A DNA stretch of 64,000 bases from Eledone cirrhosa. Its lineage: Eukaryota. Below the pieces are notes generated by a model. The model did not search any database. It worked only from the letters and a program-made list of their open reading frames with translations, and was not told where the DNA came from. Positions 39,490-53,220 of the stretch are shown here, piece after piece. Each line of letters starts with the position of its first letter. Position 1 is the first letter of the stretch. The DNA lies in NCBI GenBank assembly GCA_964016885.1, contig OZ024749.1:19282001-19346000 (forward strand). The letters run 5' to 3'. The translations under genes were made by a program, and so were the position numbers.

Positions 39490-39822
39490 ACATTTACAGT
39501 GTGTGCTGGGTGCTTTTTGTCGTGACTCCTACACGATCACTTTACAGTGTATGCTGGGTGCTTCTTGTCGTGACTCCTACACGACCACTTTACAGTGTAT
39601 GCTGGGTGCTTCTTCTTGTGACTCCTACACGACCACTTTACAGTGTGGGCTGGGTGCTTTTTGTTGTGACTCCTACACATCCACTTTACAGTGTAGGCTG
39701 GGTACTTTTTGTCGTGACTGCTACACAACCACTTTACTGTGTGGGCTGGGTGCTTTTTGTCGTGACTCCTACACAACCACTTTGCAGTGTATGCTGGGTG
39801 CTTCTTGTCATGACTGCTACAT
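39490..39822 (-). repeat. About 7 copies of the same 48-bp SINE-head unit
   Basis: tttacagtgt..gctgggtgcttttgtcgtgactcctacacgaccac repeats attached to SINE body 39331-39490. Confidence 0.9.
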
Positions 39823-40374
39823 TTAGAGTGTATGTATGTGAGTGTGTATTAACATCACATAAGCCACATGATCTGCAAATCTCAAGGAGGTCTAAGGAGA
39901 CATTTCAAGGTTCATCAAGATACACAGATACTCCAAGCTACACCAAAACTAATGTACAATTTATGTAGACAGCTTTTTAAAAGTATGTTTGGTCTAAAAA
40001 ACCATGTAAGATATCATGCCAGAACTGAACATCTACAGTGAAGTGGTCAAGTTTTGTATTGAGTAGACAACTGGTATATATATATATATATATATATGGC
40101 AAAAAAGCACCCAGCACTCACTGTAAATGAGGTTGGTGTTAGGAAGGGCATCCAGCTGTAGAAATCAAGCCAGAATCAGTTCCCATATGAGCAAGACATG
40201 GTCAGCCGACCAGACACTGCCCACAACAGGACAACCCGTCTAACCCATGCTAGCGTGGAAGAACGGACGTAAAACTGATGATGATATGTAAAAGGTAAAC
40301 AGAAATAACAACACAATCGGTACAGTATATGGAAGGTGTATATTAGGTTAACGCTTGATATAGCAGGAAAAGGG

Positions 40375-40410
40375 TCTTAACGTATCGGACGCTAGTCCTT
40401 CATCAGAAGA
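40375..40410 (-). ncRNA. Minimal hammerhead motif, core mutated (GAAA>GATA)
   Basis: Minus strand TCTT-CTGATGA-A-GGAC tagc GTCC-GATA-CG-TT-AAGA. Confidence 0.6.
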
Positions 40411-40964
40411 AAGAATGAGAAATAAGATAGATTGAGGGGATGGGCAGGTTGGAATTGGAAAAAAATGTCTTTAGATACAAATAACAGGTCCACTCCTGTT
40501 GACATCTCTTCAGTCGATTGACTTTCGTCAAATCAGACCGAGGAAACGTTTCCATTGGTCTTTCCAATTGCTAATACTATCTATTGGTCGCAACTCCAGG
40601 TAGAAGGAGCAACATGAAATAAAGTGTCTTGCTCAAGGACATAATACATCACCCCGTCCGGGAATTGAACTCACAACCTCACAATTTTAAATCCAATTCT
40701 CTAACCACCCGTCTTCACATAATATCTCATGCCAGAACTGAGCATCATGTACAATGAAGTGGTCAAGATTTGTATTGAGCAGACAACTGGTATATGTATG
40801 TACATACTTTTATTTATTCATTTATTTGCGTTCCAACTGAGGGGCTGAGGCCATGCTGGGGCACCACCACCATAATAAATCCGGGGAAAAGTTTGATATA
40901 TTTTCAGTTTCTTCATAAGAGAACTATTGTCAATGACATCTGTGCACACACACACATATATATA

Positions 40965-42305
40965 TAATGCTCCAATAATGTTGAGCACTTCCAGATGTAA
41001 TATTGAACAGCGGCACTGACTTCAGTTGTACAGCTATTGCCTGCATGGGATTAACTGATCTACTTACCATTCGGATTTTGGCTGCTCTGTGCTTTGTCTA
41101 CCACCCACCCTATCCAATGCTGCTTCCTTGTCGGGAATATTCGGATTTCGACAAAATTCTATGTATTATACTAAAACATGTATTGTATTGACTGAATTCT
41201 CTACTCTACCTCTGGACTTTTTTGTGACTCATACTGAATTCGGAGACCTGAACTTTACACTAGGTACCACCTGATACCATTCCATCTCTTCCATCCTCTA
41301 TATCTATATGTACAACCTTGTATTATCTTACTGCAACTTGATCTATATTGTATTTCCCCTTTGCTTTGATTCCTCCGATATGTTCTTATATATTTCCGTC
41401 TTACTACATCACTACCCTAGCTATGACGGCGTTTTATTTATGTATTTTACTTTTTACTTTTTACCTTATTAATGTATTTTTTATTTTTTTATTTTTTATC
41501 TTTGTATCCTGCTTTTATTTATTTGTGATTTTCTGCTTATTATTCCTTACTCAGGTCATTATGCACCATTCATAGCTCCCTACCCACCAAAGAACCACAC
41601 TACTTATAACCCGGACTAACTGGGACTTAAAAATAATTATAGTCTATTGGCACTTTTCATTGGGTTTTACCATTTTCGACTGATGTGGTGGATATCCCGG
41701 CTGTGCGCCGGGCGCTCGGAAAGTTCAGCCTTCCTTGAGTGCTTGGAAAAATAAATTTCCCCTCTTTCGGTAAACGAAACTACTCAAAGCGGCTCGATTT
41801 GCCCCGGGGCCCGCTGCACCACCTGTTTTGACTGCCATATTATACTTATACCTATAAACTCTAGGCTTAGGCATAACTGTTAGCTGTATCGTGCCTCCCT
41901 CTGCTGGCACGTAAATAAACCCCTCCTGTGTGATTAATAGTATTCGTTTGGTATAAACAATGGCTTGTAGAAGCTGGTTGACTTTCCGCTAGCACACCCG
42001 AAGCCTATCGCAGTTACGTTCCTAGAGTACTCTGAAAAATTAATTTCCATTTATTTCTCTAGACGATACCACTCGAAACTTAGGTTAGGAGGTGCTGGCT
42101 GGGATTTACAATCGAAGGCTTTTATCTTTACTCTATATCCCACCTTGATAACTTATCGAGATTCCCTATAATATACTTAAACTTTTTCATATAAGACTCT
42201 CTCTGTAATTTCATTAAATAAATCTTGCAACACAATCCTTTAATTTTCTAATAATTTAATTCATCCTATAACTCTTAACATAAGTTAACGTTCCAATTTT
42301 CTGTT
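40965..42305 (+). mobile_element. Probable Penelope-like 3' remnant
   Basis: Starts IEQRH*LQLYSYCLHGIN* (resembles the EQ...L....P.GIN end of PLE endonucleases); long T-rich 3'UTR with a split hammerhead-like core at 41680 and 42075. Confidence 0.45.
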
Positions 42306-42658
42306 CACACAGACACCCATACAGACACCCATATATATGACCATACAGACACCCATATATATGCCTTTGTTAAAATATGGGTTCTTTGGAATAACATTTT
42401 TTGCGGCGTCTTCTAGCATGACTAGAGTGACCCTTATGCTGACTTTTCTTCTTTCTTTCTTCCCTTTTTTATTCTCAGTCGGAGAGGTGGTAGTGCATTA
42501 TAAGCCTTCGCCCCCTCACCAGATGGTCATTAGTAGACCGAGTTGCCATCACTTGAGGACGGCTGACTGAGGTGAAAGCAACTGAGGTTGGTCAGTCGTC
42601 CTCTCTGTCTCTGATTTTCGGACCCATGGATTTTATATATTCCTTTGTTATATTTCGA

Positions 42659-42716
42659 ATACCTGATGATATCACCGGATTCATATGGAACCCGGTCATT
42701 GAAATGATCATAGTAT
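42659..42716 (+). ncRNA. Type I hammerhead ribozyme, intact core
   Basis: ATAC-CTGATGA-[tatcaccggattc atatg gaacccggtcatt]-GAAA-TGATCA-TA-GTAT, directly followed by AATAAA, a short tail and (TA)n. Confidence 0.75.
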
Positions 42717-42754
42717 AATAAACTTTTCAAGGATTTACACCAGTCCAGCCTCCT

Positions 42755-42804
<50 letters not shown>

Positions 42805-43387
42805 TCACTGTTTAACGTCCATTTTTTTTTTACCATGTTAGCATGGGTTAAATGAGTCGTCCTGTTGTGAGCAATGCCAGGTCAGGTGACTTTGTCTTGC
42901 TTAGGGAGAGGAGGTTGAATGAGGCCTCGCATCACATGCCTGTACGACATGAGTATTTGACGGTTTTGCTCACTAAAATTTTTAGAAGACCACACTGACC
43001 ACACCACACCACCCCCTGCCGTGTAGCCTAGAATTTAGGATGTGTGTTCATTTCATATTTTTTAAGTTCTATTTTTGACAAATTTTAATTGTTGATCCAG
43101 TTTCTTGTCACAATTAGAGCCGACTGGCCTCAACTTTGGCCATGGCAAGCATCCCAATGGAGTAACCCTTTCATGACCACATTTCTAATGAAATATATCC
43201 TTGGAAACCTTTAAAATGGGGGGGGGGGGTTTATTTCATAGAACTAAAGTTTGTTTTAGCCGGGTTGGTAACTAAAGAGTTAACCCTCTTCCCTTTCGAG
43301 GGAGGCAAATCCCTAATTTGGGATGCGGCTTGTTCTCCGCCTCCAACGTTGCTTCAGCCACAGACCTAGGCTCTGCCGTCCGCAATG

Positions 43388-43790
43388 CAGAGGAGAGGAA
43401 GATAGTTAAATACTGGGGCCTGACGGACCACTTCCTCTTGTACCAGACTCATTCAAGACCTCTGGTGTCCTTGGTCCCCACATTACTACAGAGGAGAGAA
43501 GATAGTAAAATACCGGGGCCTGACTGACCACTTCCTCTTATACCAGTCTCATTCAAAACCTCTGGCATCCTTGGTCCCCACATTACTACAGAAGAGAGGA
43601 AGATAGTCAAATACTGGGGCCTGACTGACCACTTCCTCTTGTACCAGTCATCATTGAGGCTTCTGGTGTCCTTGGTCCCCACATTACTACAGAAGAGAGG
43701 AAGATAGTCAAATACTGGGGCCTGACTGACCACTTCCTCTTTGTATCGGTCTCCATTGAGACCTCTGGCATCATTGACCCTTGTACTGCT
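43388..43790 (+). repeat. About 100-bp tandem repeat x4
   Basis: cagaggagaggaagatagt.aaatactggggcctgactgaccacttcctct...ttggtccccacattacta. Confidence 0.9.
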
Positions 43791-44340
43791 GATTTCCTCT
43801 GTAAAATCGGAAGGACAGTGGCCCCCTTGAAGATCCTTCTTTATTTCTTTCTCTCCTTTTCATTTCCCCTTTTTTTCTTTTGTGTTGTTCCCTTTAACAC
43901 TGTACATTGTTTTTGTATAAACATCTTTGTAAAATAAGCGACATATTTTCAGAATTCTTTAAATGGAGTGAAATATATTTTTAGTGTTATTGTCAGCTTT
44001 GTCTCAAAATAGATGTTAAATCTGACTTCACTACCAGTATTGGATAAATGATCTTATCACGTAACACCAACACACCTACACACTAACATGTGTATACATA
44101 GTAAATGATGCATTCACACTAGCACACCGATCCACACACCCTTACACATGTATACACAGTAACTGATGCATTCACACGAGCACACTGACATGCATACACA
44201 CTAACATATGCATCCATACACACTAACATATGCATACACACTAACATACACACTAACACATGCATCCATACACACTAACATACATACTTACACATGCATC
44301 CATACACACTAACACATGCATCCATACACACTAACATACA

Positions 44341-47300
44341 AATCATTTAACTTACGCAGCATATTTATTTGTTTACATGTAATGTAATTCAGACTCTTCT
44401 GTACACACACAACATTAAGGAAAACGGAAACAAAATACACAAACAAACAGACATTTTATTTCTATCGTAATCAAGTGCGCTAAACCTATATTGTTTACAT
44501 TCTGTGTTTTTCTACGGATGGGTAGAAATAACAAAATTGCCATGGTGATATCCATCGATGAAATATGCGACAAAACCGGCCGATGTCCCAAAATAGAACA
44601 TTGCCTAGAAAATCACATCTGCCATATCTGTGCGGAACCCGAAAACTCGTTCCGTAATCGCTGGGTCGAATGTGGAACCTGTCGCATCTCTGTCTGCCTT
44701 CAATGCGCCACAGGCTTCCGGAGGATCCCAGGCCCAAAAAAGAGACATCATAATGCTATGATGGATGGAATATAGGAGATGGTCTAGCTAAAATCCTGGT
44801 CCTTTCAGTGTCTGGCCTGTGTGCCTGCCTCCACTAATGTTATTAATGTTATTGAAAAACAACAACAACAACAAAAAGCAATGACTGTGTCTTCCTCTAC
44901 CATTGTTACTGAACAACGGCAAAAACCTATGACACTGGCTTCTACTGTTATTCCTGTGGGAGAACATCAGAAACAACAACAACCCATGTCTTCCACTCCC
45001 AGTACATCTCGACACCAACAACTGGTGACTGTGTCTTCCCCTACCATTCCCGTGGAGGAACATCACCACCAACAACAACAGCAACAACCTGCGACTGTGT
45101 TCTCCCCTGCCATTCCCGTGGAGGAACATCATCATCACCAACAACAACAACAACAACCTGCGACTGTGTCCTCCCCTGCCATTCCCGTGGAGGAACATCA
45201 TCATCACCAACAACGACCAGCAGCAGCAGCAACAACAACAACAACAACAACAACAACAACCGACCAGTACAGATTTTGCGGAACTGCAACTAATGATTTC
45301 TGCTCTGAGAAGGGAAGTTGCAGGAATAGAGGCAAGCATTCGGGTAGGACCCCACAATGAGGGGTCTTATCGGAATGCCTTGCTAAAGAATCTCCCTGTA
45401 CCTCTTGCTGAAAAGACTGAAAAGACTGCGGAATCTGCTACCCATGAAGTGATTGCCATTGGGGTACCAGAGGACAAGGCTGATCTTCAAGCATTTGCTG
45501 CCAGCTCAGCCAAAGACCTAGGCTGTGTTCCCCCAAAGGGTGCCCTCCGCCTTGGTCGACCTGGTCCAAAACCCAGACTCATCAGGCTGTCTTTCTCGGA
45601 CCCCGCAGAGGCAACCTCATATCATCTGGCCTCTGCTAAAGCTGGGCGTGAAAATCGGATTACCTTCCGAACACGCCCAGGCCTACCACCCCATGTACGT
45701 CCAAAACTACGTGCTGCAGCTTCCTTGAATCGGAACTCAGCACAAGATGAAAGTTTCAGTCTGCGTGATGATGGGCAGATCTGGAGGTTTGTCAAGGCTG
45801 GTGAAACGTGGAAGAGAGATACCAGCTGGTCTGAGTGTGATCTACCCACAATAACTGGCGATGTAAAAACTGCTACAACTCTGGGAAACTAAACCAGAAC
45901 AACCTGCCACCCTCTACACACCATCATAAACTGCGAGCAGGGTACAAATTGTTGTCCTTAAATGCTCGCAGTTTATGCAACAAGATACATCTGTTCGAAT
46001 CCTACGTCAGAAGCATCGACCCTGACTTCATCACAGTCACGGAAACATGGGCACATTCCTTACTCTGTGATGGGGTTTTCACCATTACTGGGTACAACCT
46101 TTTTCACAAGGACCGCATTAACCGCCGTGGTGGTGGTGTGATGGTCTACGTTCGTTCAAACTTTTCGGTAATTCCTTGCGTTGATTTGAACGAATCACAG
46201 GCAGAAGTTTTTTTCTGTGACATACGTATGACCATGTCAACACTTCTGCTTGGTGTTGTTTATCGCCCCCCAAACTACCATCAGGACACACAGCTTTGCG
46301 ATATCCTCAGAGTTGCTGCCAAGAAAACAGCCACTTATGTGTTTATTGCAGGTGACTTCAATCATCCTGAGATCGATTGGGAAACCTTTCGTTGGCCACA
46401 GGGTGCAAACGATTTCCTTGAACTAGTGCTGGACTCAAACTGGTCACAAGTAGTCACCTCTCCAACAAGAGGTGACAACACTTTGGACCTGATCTTCACC
46501 ATTACTCTTGAAGTGGTTATCAGTTGTACTACTGAGGAACCTCTAGGCGACTCTGATTATGCTATGATCATTGCCAATCTGGCACTTGAGGGCAGCAACA
46601 AAAACCAGAGCCATCTCCAATCTGCTTGCTTTGATTGGAAGAGGGCGGATTGGAACTTGTACTGCACTGAGCTACAGCGCCCAAACTGGCATGAGATGTA
46701 TAACTCTGGAGATGTGAACTCTATACTCCAGAGCATCCTGGACTCAATATGGATAACGTGTGCAGCATCAGTGCCACGGAAGCGGAAAAATAACCACCCC
46801 AAAAGTGCAATCTGGGAAACCTCAGCGGTCCGACTTGCCAGGAAAGAACGTCGGAACGCTGAACGGGAATATAAACTGCATAGATCAGATGCCAACAGAA
46901 AAAAGCGGAATAAATCTTCTAACCATCTCAAGCAAGTGACAAAGAAGGCAGTGCTTGAATTTGAACTGTGCATCGCAACCAATCCTGACAGTAAGGTGTT
47001 CTGGAAATATGTTCATTCAAAGCAGAGACCTCACTCTCCAGTTGGTCCTCTTCGCAATCCCCACACAAGCCAGATCACTGACGATCCCAAGGAATGCGCA
47101 GAACTCATTGCTGAGTGCTATGCAAGTATTTTTACAGTTGAAAACCAGAATGTACCATCTCCACCATCTCTAACATCAAATTCCATAACAACTATGGAAT
47201 TTACACCTGCAATGTTGCGACGTCACCTTAAGAATAAGCGCAACTATGCCTCCCCTGGTCTTGATGGTGTGACATAACTGCTTCTCAAACGTGGCGGGGA

Positions 47301-49000
47301 TTTCCTTTTGCGCCAGCTTTCTTTTTTCTTTCAATACTGTCTCAGCAATGGTGCTACTCCGGAGCAGTGGAAAACTGCCAGTGTCATTCCCCTGTTCAAA
47401 AAGGGCAACCGCATGTCACCTGTCAACCAGTCAGTCTTACTAGCTGTATGGCCAAACTGATGGAATCCTGTGTCAGAGAAACACTTTGGAACTTCTGGAG
47501 CTCTCACAGCCTCATCCGGCCCTCACAGTTTGGATTTATCCCTAACTGCAGCTGCTGTGATCAGCTTATCGAGTTCCTTGAGGACATCACCCGGATCACT
47601 GACAGCGGCTCATGGGTGGATGTTGTTTACCTTGACTTTGCTAAGGCTTTTAATTCTGTGCCACACAAAAGACTTATGGCAAAACTCTCTGCAATGGGTG
47701 TGAGGGATGATCTTTTCGACTGGCTGAAATCCTTCATTCTCAGCCGAAAGGAAGTAGTCACGGTTCTAGGACAGCATTCTTCACCATATGAGATGTCATC
47801 TGGTGTACCACAGGGATCTGTTCTTGGTCCTCTTTTGTTTGTGGCGTATATTAATGACATAGATGCCAACTTACAGAATGCCACGGTACTAAAATATGCA
47901 GATGACATCAAGCTGTACCTTGAAATCAAAAGGACTGATCCTGAAATTTACAACTCTTTCCTACAGTCAGACCTGGACACAATGCAGCAATGGATCACAG
48001 ACTGGCAACTGAAGCTGGCTGTGGACAAGTGTACCACCATGCATTTTGGAAGGAAAAATCCAGCGTCCACATACTCCCTCCACAACACTGACATCAAAAA
48101 GTCCTCTTGTGAACGTGACCTGGGCATTACTGTCAGCAACGATTTGCGTTGGACAAAGCATGTCTCTAAGATTGTCAAGAAGGCCGAGGGTGTCTTGGCA
48201 TCACTCAGCAAGACCTTTGTTAGCCGCTCTCCAGCCATCTATTTAAAACTGTATACAGCTATGGTGCGACCACACTTGGAATTCGCATCATCAGTCTGGA
48301 ACCCCTATCTTGCTCGGAACATTGACCTCCTGGAAACTGTTCAGAGACGTGCAACCAAGCGCATACCCTCCATCAGACACCTACCATACTCTGAACGCCT
48401 TGCTTCCCTGAAGCTCCGACGTCTGGCAATGGACTTGGTGAATACCCACAAAGTTTTTAACCATCTCGCCAACTGCAACCCTGAGCGCCTCTTTGATCTC
48501 CATGTGTCTAACACACGTGGACATGCCTACAAGATAAGAAAACAGCACAGCTCCCATGACTTTCGCAGACATTTTTTCACGCTCAGAGTTGCTGAAGCAT
48601 GGAACAAACTGCCTGCGTCAATTGTTAGCTGCCGAGACACTGCATCCTTTAAGACACTCATGCTTCCCGAAATACGCCAAAACTACACCTGATGTACCCC
48701 TTCCATACACATGCATGAGTCATGATACACATGTGTGTATCATGACTCGTGCACTGTTCATTTTACTGATGTTTGTGCATTGCCCTATGTACTGTACATG
48801 CACTTTTTTGATGAGTTGTGGTGCACCTGGGCACTGTACACAATATTTCATTATTGTTATTGTTATTATATCATGACTCATACACTGTTCATTTTCCTGA
48901 CATTTGTACATTATTCTATGTACTATACATGCACCTTTGATGAGTTGTAGTGCACCTGAGCACTGTACACAATAATTTCATTATTATTATTATTATTATT
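44341..49000 (+). mobile_element. Near full-length CR1-group LINE (ORF1 with PHD finger, ORF2 APE+RT, 3'UTR, (ATT)n tail)
   Basis: ORF1 pieces 44491-45892 with CHIC...WVECGTC...CLQC...CLAC; ORF2 APE 45949-47277 (LNARSL, TETW, GDFNHP) and RT 47367-48692 (YLDFAKAF, GVPQGSVLGP, YADD, RPHLEF, TRGH); stop at 47275 and frameshift near 47425; splits an ACACATGCATCCATACACACTA-type minisatellite. Confidence 0.93.
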
Positions 49001-49239
49001 ATACACACTAACACATGCATCCATACACACTAACACATGCATCCATACACACTAACATACACACTAACACGTGCATCCATACACACTAACATGCATCCAT
49101 ACACACTAACATACATACTAACACATGCATCCACATACACTAACACACTAATCCACACATTCACGCTAACATACGTACTCAGTAACACATGCATGCGCAC
49201 TATCATTAACATATTCACACTAACACATGCATACACACC

Positions 49240-49313
<74 letters not shown>

Positions 49314-49484
49314 AGTTATTCCGGGTTCAATCGGGGGTAACCACAGTAGATAAAGTACTCAATACATAGCAGAGTATAAAAGTTTTAATATAGAAAAGCT
49401 TTTACAGGACTAGAACTGTTTCATTCGTTCCTGATGATTTCTCACGAATGAAACAGTTCTTGTCCTGTAGAAGCTTTTCTATAT
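49314..49484. mobile_element. Short fold-back element (related copy about 20586-20720) with truncated hammerhead core
   Basis: Arms 49388-49428 and 49444-49484; CTGATGA at 49431 and GAAA at 49450; shared caggactagaactgtttca and gtattgag...ctgtggttaccc with 20586-20720. Confidence 0.65.
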
Positions 49485-49647
49485 ATATATATTGTTATAC
49501 TTTGGGAGGGTCATGTTGCCAATAAGAAACACACGCACCAGTTGCTTTCACTTCAATTTAATTTATTATATATTTATAAATTTACAAATTTATAAATTTC
49601 TGGTTGGTTGGTTGGTTCCACAACCAGATAGTTGTTTATATATATAT

Positions 49648-49692
49648 AGTCATAGTTCTTTCGTCACACACTCTGTGACCTCTTCAGTGACT
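49648..49692 (-). ncRNA. Type I hammerhead ribozyme, mirror copy
   Basis: Exact reverse complement of 49788-49832 in the left arm of the palindrome. Confidence 0.85.
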
Positions 49693-49787
49693 GGGGATTT
49701 CTTTCTTCGTTTCTGTGCCTTTCCTTTCTTCTATCCTACGCCATTTTAGAAGAAAGGAAAGGCACAGAAACGAAGAAAGAAATCCCC

Positions 49788-49832
49788 AGTCACTGAAGAG
49801 GTCACAGAGTGTGTGACGAAAGAACTATGACT
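49788..49832 (+). ncRNA. Type I hammerhead ribozyme, intact core
   Basis: AGTCA-CTGAAGA-G-GTCACA gagtg TGTGAC-GAAA-GAAC-TA-TGACT: 5-bp stem I, 6-bp stem II, minimal stem III. Confidence 0.85.
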
Positions 49833-50179
49833 ATATATATATAAACAACTATCTGGTTGTGGAACCAACCAACCGACCAGAAATTTATAAATTTGTAAAT
49901 TTATAAATATATAATAAATTAAATTGAAGTGAAAGCAACTGGTGCGTGTGTTTCTTATTGGCAACATGACCCTCCCAAAGTATAACAATATCGGTTTCAA
50001 CACACGATTTCAGATAAAGAATCTTGCTAAACAAATTCAGAAACGAAATATATATATATATATATATATATGTATTTACATACATTACTGTTACTACAAA
50101 AGTGAATGTAATGGTCTGTGTGTATATTTTAAGTATCTTTCATGACTTTACCATGTACATATTTCTTTGTTATCTTGTA

Positions 50180-50826
50180 ATGGTGGTGGAGGTGTGGTGT
50201 GGTGGTGGTGGAGGTGTGGTGTGGTGTAGTGGTGGTGTGGTGTAGTGGTGTTGTGGTGTAGTGGTGTTGTTTACACTTATAACAATGCCCACTACATTAA
50301 GTGGTGTAATGGTGGTGTGGTGTAGTGTTGTAGCAGTTGTGGTGGTGGTGTAGTGGTGTTGTGGTAGTGGTTGTGGTGTGGTGGTGGAGTAGTGTTGTGG
50401 TGGTGGTGTAATGATGTGGTATTATTTACACCTATGACAATGTTCACTACATGAAGTGGTGTGGTGTAGTGTTGTGGTTACAGTTGTAGTCTGCTGTTGT
50501 GGTGGTGGTGTAGTGTTGTAACAGTTGTGTGGTTGTTGTGGTGTTCTGGTGGTGGTGGAGGTCTGGTGTAGTGGTGTTGTGGTGTGGTTTGTGGGTCAAT
50601 TGTTGTATATTAGCTTAAAACATATAATTTTGAATGGAGGTCAGCACAGAAATTGGACATCAAATACTACTACTACTACTACTACCACCACAAGTATTGA
50701 TGCTGTTGTTACTACTTCCACTACTACTACAACTACTATTACAACACAATTTACTACTACCACTACTACTACTACTACTACTACAGAAATTGGACATCTA
50801 CTACTACTACCACCACCACCACCACC

Positions 50827-50861
<35 letters not shown>

Positions 50862-51540
50862 CACTACTACAACTACTGCCACTACTACCACCACCACCAC
50901 TAATGGAGGTGCCATTGTTTTAACAAATGTTAATCTAATCTGCTAACAGACTTTGTTCAACATTTCTCTGCCGTTTCTGATGACTTAATGGTACCACCAC
51001 CACTACTACTACCACCACTACTACTACCACCACCACTACTACCACTACCTCCATCACCACCACTACTACCACCACCACTACTACTACCACCACTACTACC
51101 ACTACCTCCATCACCACGACTACTACCACTACCTCCATCACCACCACTACTACCACCACCACCACTACTACTACCTCCACCACTACTACCACTAACACCA
51201 CTACAACTACCTCCACCACCACCACTACTAATACCTCCACCACCACCACTACTACCTCCACTACCACTAATACCACTAATACCACTAACACCACTACTAC
51301 CACTACCTCCACCACCACCACCACTACTACTACCATCACCACTACTACCTCCACCACTACCTCCACCACCACCAGCACCACTACAACTACCTACACCACC
51401 ACTACCTACACCACCACTACCTCCACCACCACTACCACCACCACCACTACTACCACCACCACTACCACCACCACCACTACCACCATCACCACTACTACCA
51501 CTACCTCCACCACCAGCACCACTACCACTATCTGCCACCG
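50180..51540. repeat. Low-complexity (GGT/GTA)n then (CCA/CTA)n trinucleotide mosaic
   Basis: Direct inspection; produces spurious poly-Pro, poly-Gly and poly-Val ORFs. Confidence 0.9.
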
Positions 51541-51614
51541 GAAATGCACCAAATAGGAGATATTAAAACCTAGGTATTAGGGATAGAATCTTGTTCGAGT
51601 CCATATATGTGTGT

Positions 51615-53220
51615 GTAAAAAGCACCTAGCCCACACTGCAAAGTGGTTGTGTATGTGTCACGACAAAAAGCACCCGGCCAACACTGCAAAGTGGTCATGT
51701 GTGTGTCACGACAAAAGGTACCCAACCCACACTGCAAAGTGGTCGTGTATGTGTCACGACAAAAGGCACCTGGCCCACACTGCAAAGTGGTCATGTATGT
51801 GTCACGACAAAAGGCACCTGGCCCACACTGCAAAGTGGTCGTGTATGTGTCACGACAAAAGGCACCTGGCCCACACTGCAAAGTGGTCGTGTATGTGTCA
51901 CGACAAAAGGCACCCAGCCCACACTGCAAAGTGGTCGTGTATGTGTCACGACAAAAGGCACTCACCCCACACTGCAAAATGGTCGTGTATGTGTCACGAC
52001 AAAAGGCACCTGGCCCACACTGCAAAGTGGTCGTGTGTGTGTCACGACAAAAGGCACCCAGCCTACACTGCAAAGTGGTCGTGTGTGTGTCACGACAAAA
52101 AGCACCCAGCCCACACTGCAAAGTGGTCGTGTATGTGTCACGACAAAAGGCACCTGGCCCACACTGCAAAGTGGTCGTGTATGTGTCACGACAAAAGGCA
52201 CCCAGCCTACACTGCAAAGTGGTCGTGTGTGTGTCACGACAAAAGGCACCCAGCCTACACTGCAAAGTGGTCGTGTGTGTGTCACGACAAAAAGCACCCA
52301 GCCCACACTGCAAAGTGGTCGTGTATGTGTCACGACAAAAGGCACCCAGCCTACACTGCAAAGTGGTCGTGTGTGTGTCACGACAAAAAGCACCCAGCCC
52401 ACACTGCAAAGTGGTCGTGTATGTGTCATGACAAAAGGCACCCAGCCCACACTGCAAAGTGGTCGTGCGTGTGTCACGACAAAAGGCACCCACCCCACAC
52501 TGCAAAATGGTCGTGTATGTGTCACGACAAAAGGCACCTGGCCCACACTGCAAAGTGGTCGTGTGTGTGACACGACAAAAGGCACCCAGCCTACACTGCA
52601 AAGTGGTCGTGTGTGTGTCACGACAAAAAGCACCCAGCCCACACTGCAAAGTGGTCGTGTATGTGTCACGACAAAAGGCACCTGGCCCACACTGCAAAGT
52701 GGTCGTGTATGTGTCACGACAAAAGGCACCCAGCCTACACTGCAAAGTGGTCGTGTGTGTGTCACGACAAAAGGCACCCAGCCTACACTGCAAAGTGGTC
52801 GTGTGTGTGTCACGACAAAAAGCACCCAGCCCACACTGCAAAGTGGTCGTGTATGTGTCACGACAAAAGGCACCCAGCCTACACTGCAAAGTGGTCGTGT
52901 GTGTGTCACGACAAAAAGCACCCAGCCCACACTGCAAAGTGGTCGTGTATGTGTCATGACAAAAGGCACCCAGCCCACACTGCAAAGTGGTCGTGCGTGT
53001 GTCACGACAAAAAGCACCCAGCCCACACTGCAAAGTGGTTGTGTATGTGTCACGACAAAAGGCATCCGGCCCACACTGCAAAGTGGTCGTGTGTGTGTCA
53101 CGACAAAAGGCACCCGGCCCACACTGCAAAGTGGCCGTGTGTGTGTCACAACAAAAGGCACCCGGCCCACACTGCAAAGTGGTCGTGTATGTGTCACGAC
53201 AAAAAGCACCCGGCACTCAC
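51615..53220 (+). repeat. 48-bp tandem array (about 33 units) forming the head of an RTE-tailed SINE
   Basis: Unit cacactgcaaagtggtcgtgtatgtgtcacgacaaaaggcacccagcc; runs directly into the SINE body at 53221. Confidence 0.95.

Larger units (their letters stand above)
49489..50048. mobile_element. Fold-back PLE-derived element: 245-bp near-perfect palindrome plus tail
   Basis: 49489-49733 is the reverse complement of 49747-49991 (one mismatch seen), 13-nt spacer, tail 49992-50048 into (TA)n. Confidence 0.9.

Noticed and set aside
50525-51566. Poly-Pro/Leu, Gly/Ser-rich and poly-Val ORFs
   Set aside because: Trinucleotide low-complexity DNA with no domain or splice support
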